The translations under genes and the position numbers were made by a program. Shown here piece by piece: positions 60,801-64,000 of a DNA stretch of 64,000 nucleotides (position 1 is the first letter of the stretch; each line of letters begins with the position of its first letter). The notes beneath the pieces are model-generated. The model saw nothing but the letters and a program-made list of their open reading frames with translations, had not been told where the DNA came from and searched no databases. The stretch is from Marsupella aquatica (taxonomy: Eukaryota > Plantae > Marchantiophyta): the NCBI GenBank assembly GCA_973895155.1, contig OZ316893.1:9673839-9737838 (forward strand), in the 5' to 3' direction.

Positions 60801-61290
60801 ATGGATTTTAGGATTTCTTCCCTTGATGAGAAGAGGGGTCGTACCTTTGATTGTGGAGTTCAAGGACAATTCTCTCAAGATTCCCGTAGCACTCGCCATG
60901 ACACAAATATTATTCGAGATGTTGTGCCACATTATGGAAAGGTAGAAGAGATTCTAGTGATATCTTATGATGCACAGTCAAAGTTTGAAGAGTATGTCTT
61001 CAAGTGCAAGTGGTTCAAAGTGAACCTTGCAGGTAACAATCCTACTGTGGTTCAAGATGAGTGTGGATTTACATGACTGAAGACGTCTGCCACTAGTTTC
61101 CAGCCATCTCATTGGCAAACATCAGAGCCGTTCACTTTTCCAAGTCATGTGGAACAATGTTTCTATATTCCATACCCCCCAAAGGAATGGTCACTTGTCA
61201 TCACATATGTGCCACGGTCTCGTTCAATCGTTGGGGAAAGCCTGATATTCTGGTTGTGTCCCAACCTGAAGATGATGAGGACCAAGTTTG
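57900..61290 (+). pseudogene. CACTA TnpD/Tnp2-type transposase
   Basis: IHACVNDC, RHVRLGLASDGVSP, NYNLPPW, MHDYPG, LDPMHIEGN, LKTHDYH, HLLVHL and WMYWLER. Introns 59077-59173 and ~60641-60811. Frameshift near 60201 and premature TGA at 61074. Confidence 0.93.
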
Positions 61291-61449
61291 AGGGGTCTGT
61301 GTTTGTGGATATATAGCTACACGGATATATAGTTAGATTTGATGATATGAAGATTTCTCTTCTCGGTAGAATGGAGAAATATGTGCTTCTCAATTATCAA
61401 TAAACTTATGTTTTGTAAGTATATCATTTTCAAATGTTGTTTTCTATAT

Positions 61450-62070
61450 CTCCCATCCCTACCCCACACTCACCACACCTTTTGGTAGACTTTATGCAAA
61501 GAAAACTCATGTTGCTTGTAGTCCTCTATCCTCCATGCTTTCCTAATCCCCCCTAGCCGTTCTCCTTATTACTTGTACCCACCTCCCTCCTCCTTTCTTT
61601 CATTGTCTGTCCCTCTTATTAAACCCTCCTTCCTCCTTCCTCTCCTTGTCCCAACCCCTTTCTATTCCAACCCTATACTTTCCTTACTTTCCACCCCTGT
61701 CCCCCACTCTTACCTATACAACCTAGCTTCTCTCCTCCCTCCTAAACCTATACCCTTAAACCTCCCTCATTTCCTTGTCCCTCTCTAAACCAATACCCTC
61801 CCTCCTTTCCTTGTCCCTCTCTAAACCCTAAACTCCCTCCTTTTTATTTTCACTCCCTAAATCCAAACCCTCCCTAAAACTATATCTACATACCCTTCCT
61901 CCTCCCTCATTTCCTTGTGCCCCCTAAACCTGTATCCTCCCTCTTGGATCCCTCCGTTCCTTGTCCCTCCTAGCCCCATTCCCTTCCTCCTCCTTTTCAT
62001 TGTCCCTCCCTAAAAGTTACATGTATCCACCCTCCTTTACCCTCCCTCCCCAATCCCATTCCTTTTCCAC
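61450..62070. repeat. Pyrimidine-rich degenerate repeats (ccctcc..ttccttgtccct..taaacc)
   Basis: Recurring ~35-40-bp C/T-rich units inside the CACTA right arm. Confidence 0.7.
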
Positions 62071-62089
62071 CTCTTTGAAGCGCTCATAA

Positions 62090-62637
62090 TATTTTGCGAA
62101 ACATCTTGCGAAACCCCTACACCCGCAAACTCATCGCTACATTTGCGATACTTACTTGCTCGCTAATTGCCATCATAAACTCATCGCAAACTTCCAAATA
62201 TACCACCATCTCAAAGTTGCGAAACCAAAACATTCACAAAATGAGACCCTAGACAGGCACAGGATTTGCGAGCCTATTACTATCGCAAGTTAGCCATTCC
62301 GTAAACATCGCTCATTTGCGAGACAAGAAGACTCGCAAAATATTTTGAGATGCTAAAATATTTGCAACTATTTAGTTTTCCGGCGCATCTCAATGAATTT
62401 GTGAAGCGGTAAAGATCGCTAAATTGTTCAATGATAATTACTTCGGAAATGTTTTGCGATACGTGAAGTATCATAAAATGTTGCGATTGTCTAAGTTTCG
62501 CAATTATGTGTTGCGATGTGGGTAGATTCGCTAAGTGCGATGCGTATAGTATCACAAGTTTAGCGATGAGATTAATCTTGCAAACCTTTCTTCCTCTTGT
62601 AAAACGCCTTCGCAAAATTGGCAAATATGTAGTAGTG
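62090..62637. repeat. CACTA right subterminal repeats (TTGCGA/TCGCAA)
   Basis: Dense ttgcga/tcgcaa motifs up to the GTAGTG terminus. Confidence 0.85.
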
Positions 62638-62640
62638 ACT

Positions 62641-64000
62641 GATCGCCAAGCTGCTGGCTCGACGACTGAAGATCCTTTTGCCACGGATCATCAGCCCTCA
62701 ACAGACTAGATTTATACCGGGTCGTCACATACTGGAAAATATATCCCTATCCTGGCTTGTCAATGACTGGATAAACTGTACCAAAACTCCCTCTTTATTC
62801 ATGAAATTAGACTTCGAGAAAGCTTTTGATAGAGTAGACCACTCTTATATATGGGAAACCATGCACCTACTTGGCCTTGGTTCTCACTTTATTTTTTTAG
62901 TTCAGTCACTTATTAGTAATGCTAGTTCCAAGGCACTTGTGAATGGACTCTGGACTCAGGACATCTTGATGAGTCGCGGGGTTCGGCAGGGGTGTCCACT
63001 TTCCCCCTGCTTTTTGCAATATCTACACAGCCACTGATGGATTTTTGTAGGTATGAAATTGCTGCTGGTAGACTTCAGGGATTGCAGATCTCTCCATCTC
63101 TGAATATCAGCTTCAGACTCTTTGCGGACGATCTGGGTCTTTTCATCCCTGCCACTATGGTTGCCTTCGAACAGGCTCAGGAGGCTATTAGCTGTTATGA
63201 ATGTGCGACAGGTGCCAGGTTAAACTTGAAGAAATCTGTGGTGGTGCCACTCGCGGTTGAGGAAATCCGTAGTTGGCTAATTGGATCGGGCTGTCTAATT
63301 AGCGGTGAAGGCGAGATACAAAAGTACTTGGGTGCACCTTTTGGATCTAGGATATCGGAGGCTAACTTGCATGGTTTTTGCCTCGATCGAATTGGTGCCA
63401 GATTATCATCTTGGTCTAACCGTCTCCTTTCTTTCACTGGTCGGATCATGTTAGTCAAACATGTACTTCAAGCTATACCTGTATATCATATGATGTTCCT
63501 TAGATCACTTGCTGCATTGGCTAAAAAATTGACAACTTTGAGCAGGGTTTTTCTGTGGGGGGCCAACAGACTTGGAGGTAAGAAGATCCCACTTGTGGCT
63601 TGGGAGAGACTATCTAGGCCTAAGGTTGACGGTGGCCTGGGCCTTAAGGAATTTACATGCCATTCTGCTGCTCTCTTAAGTAAATGGTTCATTGGAGCGA
63701 TTGATCATCCTGAGTCGGAATGGGCACTGATGTTTGCTGAAAATTTGAAGCTAACATCCTGGAGGAATTTCAGAGTTGTTCGTAGAAATCAGTACTCAAT
63801 GAAGGATAAACTACTCTTGTGTTCACCCCGATCCTTTGGCAATCTCCTGTACACTGGACAGATTTGGACGGCGTGGGAGCAGGTGAGGGAAAATTTGATC
63901 TTCTGCCCTGGAAATGGTACCATCCCAGTGCACTGGAGTGTGGAAGATCTCCTGAGATGCTTGCACTCTTTCTATAACTTAGTAGAGGAAGGTAGAGGAG
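62641..64000 (+). pseudogene. L1-clade LINE reverse transcriptase, 3' piece (runs out of the window)
   Basis: Removing the CACTA and one TSD restores ITYK-LIAKLLARRLKILLPRIISPQQT. This is followed by KLDFEKAFDRV, GVRQGCPLSP, FADD (63121), KYLGAP and GGLG. Frameshift near 63005. Confidence 0.92.

Larger units (their letters stand above)
26040..62637. mobile_element. CACTA (En/Spm) DNA transposon containing nested insertions
   Basis: Termini CACTACAACA... / ...TGTAGTAGTG. 3-bp TSD ACT (26037-26039 / 62638-62640). TTGCGA/TCGCAA-rich subterminal repeats and a TnpD-type transposase. Confidence 0.95.

Overview
Eukaryotic, transposon-rich heterochromatin-type DNA, most likely from a non-seed land plant (inferred from the element families). 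I recognise no intact host gene. Bases 1-18.5 kb hold small inverted-repeat elements, a 3.4 kb non-autonomous MULE and a solo-LTR-like segment. From 18.5 kb to the end is a five-level nest: an old Ty3/Gypsy LTR (18502-~25855), interrupted by an L1-type LINE (25856-end), interrupted by a CACTA element (26040-62637, TSD ACT), interrupted by a MULE-like element (27896-53620, 9-bp TSD GCACTCACG), interrupted by a young Ty3/Gypsy element (33895-49348, TSD TCTAC, two 4627-bp LTRs). The most striking item is the MULE-like element. It carries a GCM-like/DDE/SWIM transposase and, divergently, a spliced gene fusing a ParB/Srx-like domain (DGNHRLYA) to a bacterial-type N6/N4 DNA-methyltransferase-like fold. 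About 19 copies of the palindrome TAGCGCCNGGCGCTA are confined to its non-coding parts. This is a candidate ParB/parS-like self-recognition or anti-silencing system. The CACTA carries a SET-domain exon that can share exon 1 with its transposase, and the Gypsy encodes a 1212-aa PMD-like protein entirely inside each LTR. All domain calls are by eye and were not database-verified.
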